Notes under the pieces: generated by a model
Database searches by the model: none
The model's input: only the letters and a program-made list of their open reading frames with translations
What the model was told of the DNA's origin: nothing
Part shown: piece by piece, positions 30,232-40,097 of the stretch
How positions within the stretch are numbered: position 1 is the first letter of the stretch
Layout of the letters: each line of letters starts with the position of its first letter
NCBI GenBank assembly: GCA_965219685.1
Contig: CBDCOH010000002.1
Coordinates: 3,136,001 to 3,200,000, forward strand
Direction of reading: 5' to 3'
DNA from: Candidatus Spongiisociaceae bacterium
GTDB taxonomy: Bacteria > Actinomycetota > Acidimicrobiia > Spongiisociales > Spongiisociaceae
DNA: 64,000 nucleotides
Translations under genes and position numbers: made by a program

Positions 30232-33200
30232 GTGACCGGAAGCAGCTTGAAGACCGGATCGGCAAAGCCGTAGCCCGGGCGCGGATCTCCGCGCAGCCAT
30301 CGGTCATCACCCTGGCTGCCCGAGCGGGCGAGGTCGATTCCCTCGCCTTCGTTCTGGAGGCAGGGCCTCCGTTCGCCTTCTGGGAGAGGCCTGGCTGCGG
30401 GTTCTCGATCGGCGCGGTCGGGGAGGCGGTCACCATCGACCCGGGGCACGGGCCGGGAAGGTTCGGTCGCGCCTCCTCGGCCTTGCGGTCACTGGCCGCT
30501 CGAACCCATCAGCTCGCAGTCGACGGCTCGGACCGCATGCCCCTGCTGATAGGCGGCTTCTCCTTCTGGCCGACGAGCACCTGGCCGCGGTTCCCTTCCG
30601 GACGGCTGGTGCTTCCGGACCTGGCGCTGATCTGTCGCTACCCGGGCCGGGGTGTGTGGGTGGCGGCAACCGAGGTGAGCGCCGATGACGACCCGCACGC
30701 CGTGGCCGATCGACTGACGGAACGGATCAGTGCGTGCCGCAACAGGCGCCTGGCCCTTGTAACTCCGGAGGTCATCGACCACCCGGCTGCCGGGACGGTC
30801 GACCTCGGCGATCCGGGGTTCCTGGAACGGGCGGCGGCGGCGATCGCCTCCATTAGACGGAGGGACCCCTTCCCCTCGGCGCCGCCGCCCGGGATCCGCG
30901 GCTCGGAAGAGCCGACTCCGGCGGGGACTCGGCAAGGGGAACTCAAGAAGGTCGTCCTTGCCCGCCATCTCGATGTGGAGCACCGTCCCGAACTCGGGCC
31001 GTTCCTGGCCGCGCTCCGCCACATCCACGACCGCGGCGCTGTCTTCGCCTTCGGACGGCGGGACGGTTCGATCTTCTGCGGAGCGACACCGGAGCTCCTG
31101 GCCCGGGTCGACGGGGTGAAAGTCTCCGCGCTCGCTCTTGCCGGAACCGCTCCGCGCGGGGCAAGTGCCGCAGAGGACACGCTGATCGCTGACCGTCTCC
31201 GCAACCACCCGAAGGAACTCGAGGAACACCGCTACGTGGCATCCGAAATCTCGCAGCGGCTCGAGGCGAGAGGGTTCGCGGTGGGGGATCGGGTCCCGAC
31301 CTACGTCATGAGACTGCCCGGCATCCAGCATCTGGCCACCCCTGTCAGCGCCGTGGCACCCGTCGGAACCAACGTGCTGGACGTGGTGGGCGCCCTCCAC
31401 CCCACCCCGGCCGTGGCCGGCGTTCCGCGCGACCGGGCATTGGACTGGATCTCGGAGCACGAACCCCTGCAGAGGGGCTGGTACGCGGGTCCGGTCGGGT
31501 ATTGCAACCTGGCTGGAAACGGCGAGTTCCACGTGGCGCTACGGTCCTGCCTGATCGAGGACGGTCGCACCCGGCTCTTCGCCGGCGCAGGGATCGTGGG
31601 CACCTCCTCGCCGGACGGGGAACTCGAGGAGACGAACCTCAAGCTTGATACCGTGCTGTCCTCGCTGTTCGGTATGAAGGATCATCGCTGGCGCTCCTAC
31701 GCGACCGCCGACGCCCTGGTGGCGGCCCTACGGTCGGGCTGCCCGGGAGGGGTGGTGATCTCACCTGGTTCCCGCTCCACCCCGCTCGCGCTGGCCGCCG
31801 CGTCGGGCGGATTGCCGGTCCGGGTGGTGCTGGACGAACGTTCGGCCGGCTTCGTCGCCCTCGGGATGGCCAAGGCCTCGGGGCGGCCGGCCGCTCTGAT
31901 CTGCACCTCCGGCTCGGCGGCGGCCAACTACCTGCCCGCGGTGGCAGAAGCTGACCGGGCCCGCACACCCCTGGTGGTGGTGACGGCTGATCGACCGCCC
32001 GGTTTCCTGGCTAGGGATAACCCTCAGACCATCGACCAGGTCGGCTTGTACGGATCGCGCGTCAGAGCGGCCTCCAACCTGGGGGTCGCCCACGAGTGCA
32101 ACCCGCAGGAGGTCAGAGACGAAACCCTTCGCCTGCTCGAAGCCGCCCGGTCGCCTCACGCCGGTCCTGTGCACATCAACGTCCCGTTCGCCAAGCCACT
32201 CGAGCCGCCCGACGGCCACCGAATGCGGATCGACGCCATCCCGCCCGAAGCACCCGTGCGACAGGCCGCCGACTCCACGGCGGTAGCGGTGCTCACCGAC
32301 TTCATCGCGCGGGCTCAGCGGGGGCTCATCGTCGCGGGACCTCGCGCCACCGACCCGGCCGAGAGGGCGGCGCTCGTACGGTTTTCGAAGGCGGCCGGTT
32401 GGCCGATCATGGCCGACGGGATGTCGGGTATGCGTTCCTCGAGCCACGAACATCTCGTCACCACCGGGGACCTCCTTCTACGGGACATGCGCTTCGCGGC
32501 GGGACACACGCCTGACGCGATCCTGCGGATCGGCGCCACCCCCACCGGTACCATCACCCAGAACTGGTTGGAGGCCCTCGAAGCTCCCACGGCCTTCCTC
32601 GATCCCGACTACCGCTGGACGGCCCCGGGACCCGCGATGGTGCTGCGAGACCCGATCGCCGCGTTGCTCGAGGCGGTGTCGCCGACTCCTCTCGATCCGG
32701 CATGGTCGGAGTCATGGCGCGCGGCGGAGGCACGGATAGGCGGGCTCCGCAGGCGGGAAGGCTCCCACTACCCCGACACCGAACTGGCGGTGACAGCTGC
32801 AGTACTCGAGTCCGAACGGCTGGTGTGGACCGCTTCGAGCATGCCGGTTCGCCACGTCGACGCGATGATGGAACCGGGATGCGGCGCGCTGGTGCTCGGC
32901 AACCGGGGCGCCTGCGGGATCGACGGAACCATCGCCTCGGCCGCCGGCGCCGCCCTGGCTTTCGGCCGGCGGGTGACCGCACTGGTCGGCGACCTCGCCT
33001 TTCTGCACGATGCCGGATCGCTCGTCGCGGCCCGCCAGCTACGCGCAGACCTAACAGTGGTGGTACTCGACAACGGCGGCGGCGCCATCTTCGAGATGCT
33101 CCCTTACCTCCGGTCGCTACGTGAAGCGGATGACCACGAAGCCCTCGCCCAAGCGAGGGAACTCTTCGTCACCCCCCACGAGCAGGATCTGGCCGCGGTG

Positions 33201-33356
33201 GCCGCGGGATTCGGTGTCACCGCCGAGCGTGTCTCACCACGGCGGATCGGGGACGCTCTAGCCGGGGCTCACGAGCAGTCAGGTCCCTGCGTGTTCGTCA
33301 TCCCGAGCGATCCATCCGCCATGTTCGCCGCGTACGACCGGTTGTCAAGCCTCTAG
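30228..33356 (+). CDS. menD: Fused isochorismate synthase (MenF) / SEPHCHC synthase (MenD)
   Basis: KKVVLAR, GATPELL, ALAGT, KELEEH, LHPTPAVAG, RGWYAGPVG, FAGAGIV (MenF); then SPGSRSTPL, DERSAGF, CTSGSA, TADRP, NRGACGIDG, GDLAFLHD, NGGGAIF (MenD) in one ORF. Confidence 0.92.
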   Translation: MSDRKQLEDRIGKAVARARISAQPSVITLAARAGEVDSLAFVLEAGPPFAFWERPGCGFSIGAVGEAVTIDPGHGPGRFGRASSALRSLAARTHQLAVDGSDRMPLLIGGFSFWPTSTWPRFPSGRLVLPDLALICRYPGRGVWVAATEVSADDDPHAVADRLTERISACRNRRLALVTPEVIDHPAAGTVDLGDPGFLERAAAAIASIRRRDPFPSAPPPGIRGSEEPTPAGTRQGELKKVVLARHLDVEHRPELGPFLAALRHIHDRGAVFAFGRRDGSIFCGATPELLARVDGVKVSALALAGTAPRGASAAEDTLIADRLRNHPKELEEHRYVASEISQRLEARGFAVGDRVPTYVMRLPGIQHLATPVSAVAPVGTNVLDVVGALHPTPAVAGVPRDRALDWISEHEPLQRGWYAGPVGYCNLAGNGEFHVALRSCLIEDGRTRLFAGAGIVGTSSPDGELEETNLKLDTVLSSLFGMKDHRWRSYATADALVAALRSGCPGGVVISPGSRSTPLALAAASGGLPVRVVLDERSAGFVALGMAKASGRPAALICTSGSAAANYLPAVAEADRARTPLVVVTADRPPGFLARDNPQTIDQVGLYGSRVRAASNLGVAHECNPQEVRDETLRLLEAARSPHAGPVHINVPFAKPLEPPDGHRMRIDAIPPEAPVRQAADSTAVAVLTDFIARAQRGLIVAGPRATDPAERAALVRFSKAAGWPIMADGMSGMRSSSHEHLVTTGDLLLRDMRFAAGHTPDAILRIGATPTGTITQNWLEALEAPTAFLDPDYRWTAPGPAMVLRDPIAALLEAVSPTPLDPAWSESWRAAEARIGGLRRREGSHYPDTELAVTAAVLESERLVWTASSMPVRHVDAMMEPGCGALVLGNRGACGIDGTIASAAGAALAFGRRVTALVGDLAFLHDAGSLVAARQLRADLTVVVLDNGGGAIFEMLPYLRSLREADDHEALAQARELFVTPHEQDLAAVAAGFGVTAERVSPRRIGDALAGAHEQSGPCVFVIPSDPSAMFAAYDRLSSL

Positions 33357-33409
33357 GCGGTCCAGGTACCAGTTACCAGGTCGGTCGTCGCGTACCCTCA
33401 AGAGTTACC

Positions 33410-33479
33410 ACCATTCACCACTCACCATTCACCACTCACCACTCACCACTCACCATTCACCACTCACCACTCACCACTC
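33410..33479. repeat. Heptamer tandem array (ACCAYTC)x10
   Basis: Counted directly; overlaps the pncB stop codon. Confidence 0.95.
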
Positions 33480-35007
33480 ACGCCTTGAAGCCGGCAATCA
33501 GGTCCTGTTTCAGGTCGGAGAGCTCCTGGCTGAGGGATACGTGGTAGGTGTGGGGATTGACCAGTCTCCGCACGCCGGGATCGAGCCGTGCGAGATCGGC
33601 GGACCGGCGGCGCCGGGCTGCCCCGATGTCCCCCACGTCGCCGGGTACCCTCCCACCGTCCTCCAGCACCTTGACCCGGAGGGACTCGACCTCGGAGACC
33701 TGGTAGTGGCTGAGCGTCCGGGTCACCTCCGGGTAGCTGGGATGCACCAGGCGGATGGGACGTTCGTAGGGATCATGATCGTCGAGGGTGACCATGTCGG
33801 CCGTGGCGGTCCCGCGACTGTCGTAGATGCGCCAGAGCCGCTTCCGACCGGGGTTGGGCACCTTGGCCCGTGACTCGGAGATCTTGATGGCCGGGGACCA
33901 CTCGCCGTCGGCGCCCTCGATCGCCACCAGCTTGAAGACCCCTGTCGGGCTCGGATAACCGTGGGACGTGGCCAGGCGGGTTCCCACCCCGTACACGAGG
34001 CGTTCGAGCAGCCTTTCGGCGTCGACCCGGTACCGGGGAGCTTCTTCGAGGATCTGGTTACGCACTTGCCAGATGGTCAGCTCATCGAGTTCCGACGACA
34101 GGACGATCGACACGTCCGGGAAGCCCGCCTCGTCGAGAAGGGCCGCCGAGCGGATGGCGAGGTGCGCCAGATCGCCGGAGTCGAGCCGGATACCCACCGG
34201 CCTGTGCCCGCGGCCCCGTAGTTCCTCGAACACCGTGATGGCGTTGGGTATACCCGAGTTGAGGGTGTCGATGGTGTCGACCAGGAGCAGGCAGTCGTCG
34301 GGGTATACCGCGGCGTAGGCCCGGAAGGCCTCGAGTTCGCTACCCGAGTCCGCCATGAACACCTGAACCATCGAGTGGGCGTGGGTTCCCTTGGAAGGGA
34401 ATCCGAAGCGGTAGGAGGCGGCGAAGTTGGAGGAACCTACGGCACCGCCCACCAGGGAGGAGCGGGTAGCCACGTTGGCCGCCGCATCCGGGGCCCGACG
34501 CATTCCGAACTCCATCACGGCGGCGCCACCCGCGGCCTCCACCACGCGTGAGGTCTTGGTTGCGATCAGGGTTGCGTAGTTGAGACGGTTGAGGAGGGGG
34601 GTCTCCAGTAGTTGGGCAACGGCCAGCGGTGCTTCGACGGTGAGAATCGGCGTGTTGGGATGGACCACCCTGCCTTCGGGCACCGCCCACATCGAGACGG
34701 CTCCGAAACCTCCCGAACCGGCGACCCAGTCGATGAACGACTCCTCGAACAGGCGACCGCCCACGCTTGTCCTGATCTCGCGCAGGGCCGCCATCTCCTC
34801 GTCGCCGAACCAGGTCCTGTCCATCCAGTCGAGCAACGGCCCCAGCCCGGCGGTTATGCAATAGCCCGCCTGGTGGCTCCCGTAGTCCGGGTACGAGCGG
34901 AAGTAGTAGTCGAACTGCGCGGTGCGCTCGGCCAGCCCGTAGCGGTGGTAGAGCTGCGCCATCGTCAACTGGTAATGGTCCGTGAAGAGAATGCCCTCGG
35001 TAAGCAC
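33478..35007 (-). CDS. pncB: Nicotinate phosphoribosyltransferase
   Basis: LFTDHYQLTM, EFGMRRA, GTHAHS, LLVDTIDT, GIRLDSGDL, YGVGT, GVFKLV. Confidence 0.93.
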   Translation of the reverse strand: MLTEGILFTDHYQLTMAQLYHRYGLAERTAQFDYYFRSYPDYGSHQAGYCITAGLGPLLDWMDRTWFGDEEMAALREIRTSVGGRLFEESFIDWVAGSGGFGAVSMWAVPEGRVVHPNTPILTVEAPLAVAQLLETPLLNRLNYATLIATKTSRVVEAAGGAAVMEFGMRRAPDAAANVATRSSLVGGAVGSSNFAASYRFGFPSKGTHAHSMVQVFMADSGSELEAFRAYAAVYPDDCLLLVDTIDTLNSGIPNAITVFEELRGRGHRPVGIRLDSGDLAHLAIRSAALLDEAGFPDVSIVLSSELDELTIWQVRNQILEEAPRYRVDAERLLERLVYGVGTRLATSHGYPSPTGVFKLVAIEGADGEWSPAIKISESRAKVPNPGRKRLWRIYDSRGTATADMVTLDDHDPYERPIRLVHPSYPEVTRTLSHYQVSEVESLRVKVLEDGGRVPGDVGDIGAARRRRSADLARLDPGVRRLVNPHTYHVSLSQELSDLKQDLIAGFKA

Positions 35008-35133
35008 GTCCGCACCTTAACCGTCTACTGCTTCCCCCCATAGAAGGGCGACAACCCGGCACAACCGTTTCCGGTCGTCAACGGTCGTGCAACACCACGC
35101 ACCGGCGGGCCTTGCGACTAACCTCCCTGGACC

Positions 35134-35721
35134 ATGACGACGTATGACAGCGGGACGGCCCTGGTGGTGGTGGACGTCCAGAACGATTTCGCCGATCCGT
35201 CGGGAAGCCTCTATGTCCGGGGAGGGGATACGGAGGTAGTCCCGGCCGTCAACCGGGAGGTCGGCGAGGCAGTCGAGGCGGGTGCCAGCATCTTCTACAC
35301 GCAGGATTGGCACCCCGAGCGGACACCCCACTTCGCGATCGACGGCGGGATCTGGCCGGTGCACTGCGTCGGCGGCTCGAGCGGGGCGGACTTCCATCCC
35401 GACCTACGGGTCGAGGGTCCGAGCGTGCACAAGGGCGCCAACGGCGAGGACGGCTACTCGGGCTTCACGATGCGGGATCCCGTATCCGGCGAGACCATCC
35501 CCACTCCCCTGGCCTCGATGATCCGGGACGCCGGTTGCGGGCGGGTCGTCGTGATCGGGCTGGCGCTCGACTACTGCGTGAAGGACACCGCCCTCGACTC
35601 GGCACGGGAGGGTTTCGACACGACGGTGCTGCTCGGCGCCACCGCCGCCGTCAACCTGGCCCCGGACGACGGCGACAAGGCCATCGCGGAGTTGCGACAG
35701 GCCGGGGTGACAGTCGGATAA
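35134..35721 (+). CDS. pncA: Nicotinamidase/pyrazinamidase (isochorismatase family)
   Basis: VVDVQNDF, TQDWHP, WPVHCV, GYSGF, GLALDYCVKDTALD. Confidence 0.9.
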   Translation: MTTYDSGTALVVVDVQNDFADPSGSLYVRGGDTEVVPAVNREVGEAVEAGASIFYTQDWHPERTPHFAIDGGIWPVHCVGGSSGADFHPDLRVEGPSVHKGANGEDGYSGFTMRDPVSGETIPTPLASMIRDAGCGRVVVIGLALDYCVKDTALDSAREGFDTTVLLGATAAVNLAPDDGDKAIAELRQAGVTVG

Positions 35722-35728
35722 GCGGGAC

Positions 35729-36589
35729 ATTTCCTCCATCCGCGCCGAGATCATCCCCCACATCGACGACATCGGCGTGACGCTCGGCTCGGTGACCGCG
35801 ATGGACGAGTTGGCCGGGGCCGGTTTCGTCACCTCCGGTTCCCTGATGGCCCCCTGCCCCTGGTTCCCGGATGTGGCTGCGATGGCCGCCCGCCGTCCCG
35901 GCTTGGACCTGGGACTGCACCTAACCCTCACTTCGGAATCTGCGCGGATGAGGTGGCGTCCCATGTCGACCGCTTCCATGGCCTCTGGCCTGATCGACGA
36001 CGACGGCTTCATGTGGTCAACCGTCCCGGCGCTGCGCGCCAACGCGCATCCCGGCGCGGTCGAGGAGGAGCTGGAAGCCCAGATCGCCGCCGCCCGGAGT
36101 GCCGGCATCGTGCTGACCCACCTCGATCACCACATGGGTGGGGCCTTCGCGCCGGAGTTCGCCGAGACCACCATCAGGGTCGCCGGGCGGCACCGTCTAC
36201 CGTTCCTCCTCCCGCGGGATCCGGCCGCATATGCGGCTGTCCTCAACTGGGGTCCGGCCGATCTCGAGATCCTGCGCGGTCTCCGGGATGACGCCGTGAC
36301 GGCAGGGGCGATCCCTACCGATCGTTTCCTGATGGGGCTGACCTTCCAGGACGAGGATCCCGCCACGGTCTACCGGCGGTTCATGGAGGAAGCCGCCGGC
36401 CTGTCATTCCTGTCCATGCACTGCAACGCACCGGGCGAAGTGTGGGCCGTACATCCCAACGACGCCGCCTGGCGGGTGGCCGAGTTCGAATGGGCGCGGG
36501 ACGGAGCGACCGGGATCCCGAGCGACGTGTCCCTCTCGGATTTCCGGAAGGTGGGCTCGAGGTGGGGATGGAACACACCGGACCGGTAG
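35729..36589 (+). CDS. YdjC/ChbG-family carbohydrate deacetylase (start uncertain)
   Basis: HIDDIG, SGSLMAPCPWF, GLHLTLTSE, THLDHHMG; first canonical start is 35777 but the motif begins upstream. Confidence 0.8.
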   Translation: MSSIRAEIIPHIDDIGVTLGSVTAMDELAGAGFVTSGSLMAPCPWFPDVAAMAARRPGLDLGLHLTLTSESARMRWRPMSTASMASGLIDDDGFMWSTVPALRANAHPGAVEEELEAQIAAARSAGIVLTHLDHHMGGAFAPEFAETTIRVAGRHRLPFLLPRDPAAYAAVLNWGPADLEILRGLRDDAVTAGAIPTDRFLMGLTFQDEDPATVYRRFMEEAAGLSFLSMHCNAPGEVWAVHPNDAAWRVAEFEWARDGATGIPSDVSLSDFRKVGSRWGWNTPDR

Positions 36590-36819
36590 GCGCCGAGGCC
36601 CGCTAGGGCTGATCGCGGGGATCGAGCGCCGTCGGGCCCCCCACGACCGAGCCGGAGTTACCCGGCCCTGCCAGCGAGTTCGGTCTCGGCCAAGACTGCA
36701 CGCACCGGTTGCAAGACTTCTTCATGACCGCCGGACTCAGTTCTTGCTGCTTAGTCTGATTGGTATAACAGAAGGGATGGCGTACTATTACTTATGCTTA
36801 GAAGACAGGGTGTCAGGCG

Positions 36820-37311
36820 GTGACAGCGCAATTGTGGCTAAACCCGCTGGTCTATGTGCTGATCCTGGCAGTTGCTACAGCCTTGATCAGGGCGGGAATG
36901 TGGGTAGGAGGTGTCAACGAGCACAAGCGCGTCGTAACCGACTTCATGGCCGAGATCCGCGAGGACATCAAGAAACTGCTGCGCCGGAGCGGATCCGCTG
37001 GCGTCACCGGCGACAGCCCACTGAGGTTGAACGAACTCGGTGACGCCATCGCAGCCGAGCTGGACGCAGCCTCATGGGCACAGCAGACCGCGGCCCGCGT
37101 TCGAGACCGGGTGGAAGGCGAGCGTCCGTACGAAATCCAGGAGTTCTGCCTCGAATACCTCGACTCCGAAGAGTTCCGGCCATCCGAGGAGTTCACAGTC
37201 GCGATCAGAACCTGTGCCTACGATCACGGTCTCGACGACGATCAGGTCCGGTTCGGGTTGGCGATCGTGCTCCGGGATGAGCTGCTGGCAACCACCACGG
37301 TCCACTCGTAA
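36820..37311 (+). CDS. Hypothetical protein with N-terminal TM helix
   Basis: 163-aa ORF with a TM segment, a coiled-coil and an SPLRLNELG motif. Confidence 0.65.
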   Translation: MTAQLWLNPLVYVLILAVATALIRAGMWVGGVNEHKRVVTDFMAEIREDIKKLLRRSGSAGVTGDSPLRLNELGDAIAAELDAASWAQQTAARVRDRVEGERPYEIQEFCLEYLDSEEFRPSEEFTVAIRTCAYDHGLDDDQVRFGLAIVLRDELLATTTVHS

Positions 37312-37489
37312 CAACCGTGTTGTCGCACGTCCGAGACGAAGTTGTATCGAGCAAGTACATCAGTCGACTCTTGCCGACAGGCGCGCTCCTCACGAGGGCG
37401 GATTGGTAGATCCACGGTCCGACTCCGCGGGTTGAGCACAGCGCGGCCACGAAGCTGCGCACGTCCTCGGCCAGCTCATCTACCGACGC

Positions 37490-38335
37490 TCAGGTTGGTC
37501 GGCCCGGCTCCGGTCCGGTCGCCACAGGGAAACCCGCGGTGGACCAGTCGGACCAGGAGCCGGGGTACAGGGTCGCCTCCGGCCACCCGGCCAGCTGCAG
37601 GGCCAGGATGTTGTGGCATGCCGTCACCCCGCTGCCACAGGAACTCACGACAGGAACGCGAGGATCGAGACCCAAGTCCGCGAAGCGCCCGGCCAGCAGG
37701 TCGGGTGACTTGAACAGGCCGTCCCCGCCGAGGTTTCCGTCGGTAGGCGCGGAGATGGAAGTCGGTATGTGGCCGGCGGCAGGGTCCACCGTCTCGTTCT
37801 CGCCCCGGTAGCGGTCCGCGGGCCGGGCGTCGATCACCTGGACGGTTCCCAGGCAGGCGCGAAGGGCGTGACGATCGATCGTCGGCGTGAAACCTCGGGC
37901 TGCCAGGAACTCTGTGGATGGAACCTCCGGCACGTCCGTCGTGGTCGGGTGACCCTCGGCGGTCCACTGCCCGTAGCCGCCGTCCAGGACGCTCACGTCG
38001 CCGTGGCCCACGCTCCGCAGCATCCACCACAGCCGGGCCGCGATCGCACCCGGCCCCTGGTCATAGACCACGACGTGGTGGAGATTGCCGATCCCGTGGC
38101 GACCCATCAGAGCACGGAAGTCCTCGGTTGCCGGGAGCGGGTGGCGTCCCGGCCCGGTGGGAGCCGAGAGGTCCGTGTCGAGGTCGAGGAACACCGCGCC
38201 CGGTATGTGACCCTTCTCGTGCTGATGCCGCCCTTCGCCCGGCTCCAGCAGGTACCAGCGGGTGTCGACCACCCGGATACCGGGATCGTCCAGCCATTCC
38301 GCCAGCCACGCACAGGAGACGACCGGGGTTGTCAT
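37490..38335 (-). CDS. Sulfurtransferase (rhodanese, SseA-like)
   Basis: GHIPGAVF, AARLWWML, LDGG, IDARPADRYRG, CGSGVTAC, LYPGSWSDW. Confidence 0.92.
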   Translation of the reverse strand: MTTPVVSCAWLAEWLDDPGIRVVDTRWYLLEPGEGRHQHEKGHIPGAVFLDLDTDLSAPTGPGRHPLPATEDFRALMGRHGIGNLHHVVVYDQGPGAIAARLWWMLRSVGHGDVSVLDGGYGQWTAEGHPTTTDVPEVPSTEFLAARGFTPTIDRHALRACLGTVQVIDARPADRYRGENETVDPAAGHIPTSISAPTDGNLGGDGLFKSPDLLAGRFADLGLDPRVPVVSSCGSGVTACHNILALQLAGWPEATLYPGSWSDWSTAGFPVATGPEPGRPT

Positions 38336-38850
38336 CCTCCGGGACCGGAGGGCAATGCACCCGGCCGGTAGCGGGTGCCCAGCATCGGTCCCACCGACGA
38401 GAAAGAGAAGGCCATCCGGATGATCACGTACCATGCCAGCACCACCGACTCCATTGGAACCTGCATCTGTGCGTGAAGGTGCATCCGCCTGGTCGTCCAC
38501 ATCAGCAACTCCGCTACCTCGGCTCCCGGAGGCCCGAGAGTCCACCTTCCCTTGAGCCCCGATCGGTTGGTCAACTCGTAGCTGGACCGGCTACCGGACA
38601 GACCCCAGCGCCGGCCCCAGGGATCGAGCCTCTCGGCGGACAGGAGCACCCGGTCTGCCTCCAGGAGGCTAAGTCCGTCGGCCCCGTCAGGGAGGATCAT
38701 CCAGACGGTGCCGCCCGGAAGGTCCACCCGGGCGCTACGGCGTCGCGCCGGGACTGCCCTGGCCAGGGTTCCGGCCGGAGAGTGGAATCTCCAGACAGGG
38801 GCTGGACCCCGGCGGGAGATGGTCATCACCTCGGGCGCCTCCGGCGTCAT
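38332..38850 (-). CDS. Hypothetical protein
   Basis: 172-aa ORF with 4-bp overlaps to both neighbouring genes. Confidence 0.55.
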   Translation of the reverse strand: MTPEAPEVMTISRRGPAPVWRFHSPAGTLARAVPARRRSARVDLPGGTVWMILPDGADGLSLLEADRVLLSAERLDPWGRRWGLSGSRSSYELTNRSGLKGRWTLGPPGAEVAELLMWTTRRMHLHAQMQVPMESVVLAWYVIIRMAFSFSSVGPMLGTRYRPGALPSGPGG

Positions 38851-39191
38851 CGAGCTTCCGCTTCGTCCGGAGCGCGGCGTTGCCGGGCGCGGGCGGCTGT
38901 GCTGCAGGCGACATCCCGCACGGTCACATCGATAGCGTCCGCAAGCGATCCGAAGGCCTTCCTGGCGGCGGCGCGTATCTCAGGATCAGTCACGGTCCCG
39001 CCCAGCGCCTGGCCCAGGCCCTGGGCCGCCCCCGCGAACTCGCTCCAAGCCCGGCGGAGCTCCCCCCTCGTCGTCTCCCTGCTCCCCGGATCCGCGAACC
39101 CGGATCGCAGTAGGTCACCCAGTTCCGCGAAGCCGGCGGCAACCTCCTCCCACGGAGCATCAGGTTCACGGTCGCCTCTAACATCGTCCAT
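38847..39191 (-). CDS. Hypothetical helical protein
   Basis: WEEVAAGFAELGDLLR...ALGGTVTDPEIRAAARKAFGSLADA; coupled to the downstream gene. Confidence 0.55.
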   Translation of the reverse strand: MDDVRGDREPDAPWEEVAAGFAELGDLLRSGFADPGSRETTRGELRRAWSEFAGAAQGLGQALGGTVTDPEIRAAARKAFGSLADAIDVTVRDVACSTAARARQRRAPDEAEAR

Positions 39192-40097
39192 GTGAACCTC
39201 CACCTGCTCGATGCTACCTACGAACTGTTCCGAGCCTACTTCGGATTTCCGAATAGGAGAGCACCCGACGGACGGGAGGTAGGGGCGGTCTACGGGATCA
39301 TCGACACCACCCTCCGCCTGCTGAGACAGGAAGGCGTCTCGCATCTGGCGGCGGCGACCGATGCCGTCATCGAGTCGTTCCGCAACGACATGTTCGAGGG
39401 ATACAAGACGGGAGAAGGGGTCGAGCCGGATCTGTTGCAGCAGTTCCCGCTGGCCGAGGAGGCGCTCGAGATCATAGGGGTGACGGTATGGGCCATGCGC
39501 GAGTTCGAGGCCGACGACGCTATCGCCACCGCGGCCCTTCGCTGGGCCGACGATGTGGACAGGGTGGTGATCCTGAGTCCGGACAAGGACCTTATGCAAT
39601 GCGTGATCGACGACCGGGTGGTGACCTACAACCGTCGAGCGCGCAAGCAGTTCGACGAGTCGGGAGTCGTGGAGAAGTTCGGGGTTCTCCCCACCTCGAT
39701 CCCCGACTACCTGGCTCTGGTGGGGGACTCGGCGGACGGCGTACCGGGGATCCGCGCTTGGGGACCCAAGTCGACATCCACGGTCCTGGCCCGGTACGTG
39801 CGCATCGAGCGCATCCCGGACTCGGCCGCGTCATGGGACGTGAAGGTGAGGGGAGCAGCCCGGCTGTCGGCCAACCTTGAGGCATCCCGGCCTGAGGCCC
39901 TCCTCTACCGGACCCTCACCACCCTGCGCCGTGACGTCCCGCTCGCCGAGTCGCTGGAGGAGCTCGAGTGGAAGGGCGTCGACCGGGAGCGCTTCATGGA
40001 CCTGTGCGACCGGCTCGGGTTCGGCAGGATCCGGCGCCGTCCGCACCGTTGGGCTCCCGGCAATGCCGACCCTTGGACCAGAAAAGCGAATGCCTGA
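39192..40097 (+). CDS. Stand-alone 5'-3' exonuclease/flap endonuclease
   Basis: LHLLDATYELFRAY, SFRNDMFEGYK, FEADDAIAT, SPDKDL, LVGDSADGVPGI. Confidence 0.92.
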   Translation: MNLHLLDATYELFRAYFGFPNRRAPDGREVGAVYGIIDTTLRLLRQEGVSHLAAATDAVIESFRNDMFEGYKTGEGVEPDLLQQFPLAEEALEIIGVTVWAMREFEADDAIATAALRWADDVDRVVILSPDKDLMQCVIDDRVVTYNRRARKQFDESGVVEKFGVLPTSIPDYLALVGDSADGVPGIRAWGPKSTSTVLARYVRIERIPDSAASWDVKVRGAARLSANLEASRPEALLYRTLTTLRRDVPLAESLEELEWKGVDRERFMDLCDRLGFGRIRRRPHRWAPGNADPWTRKANA

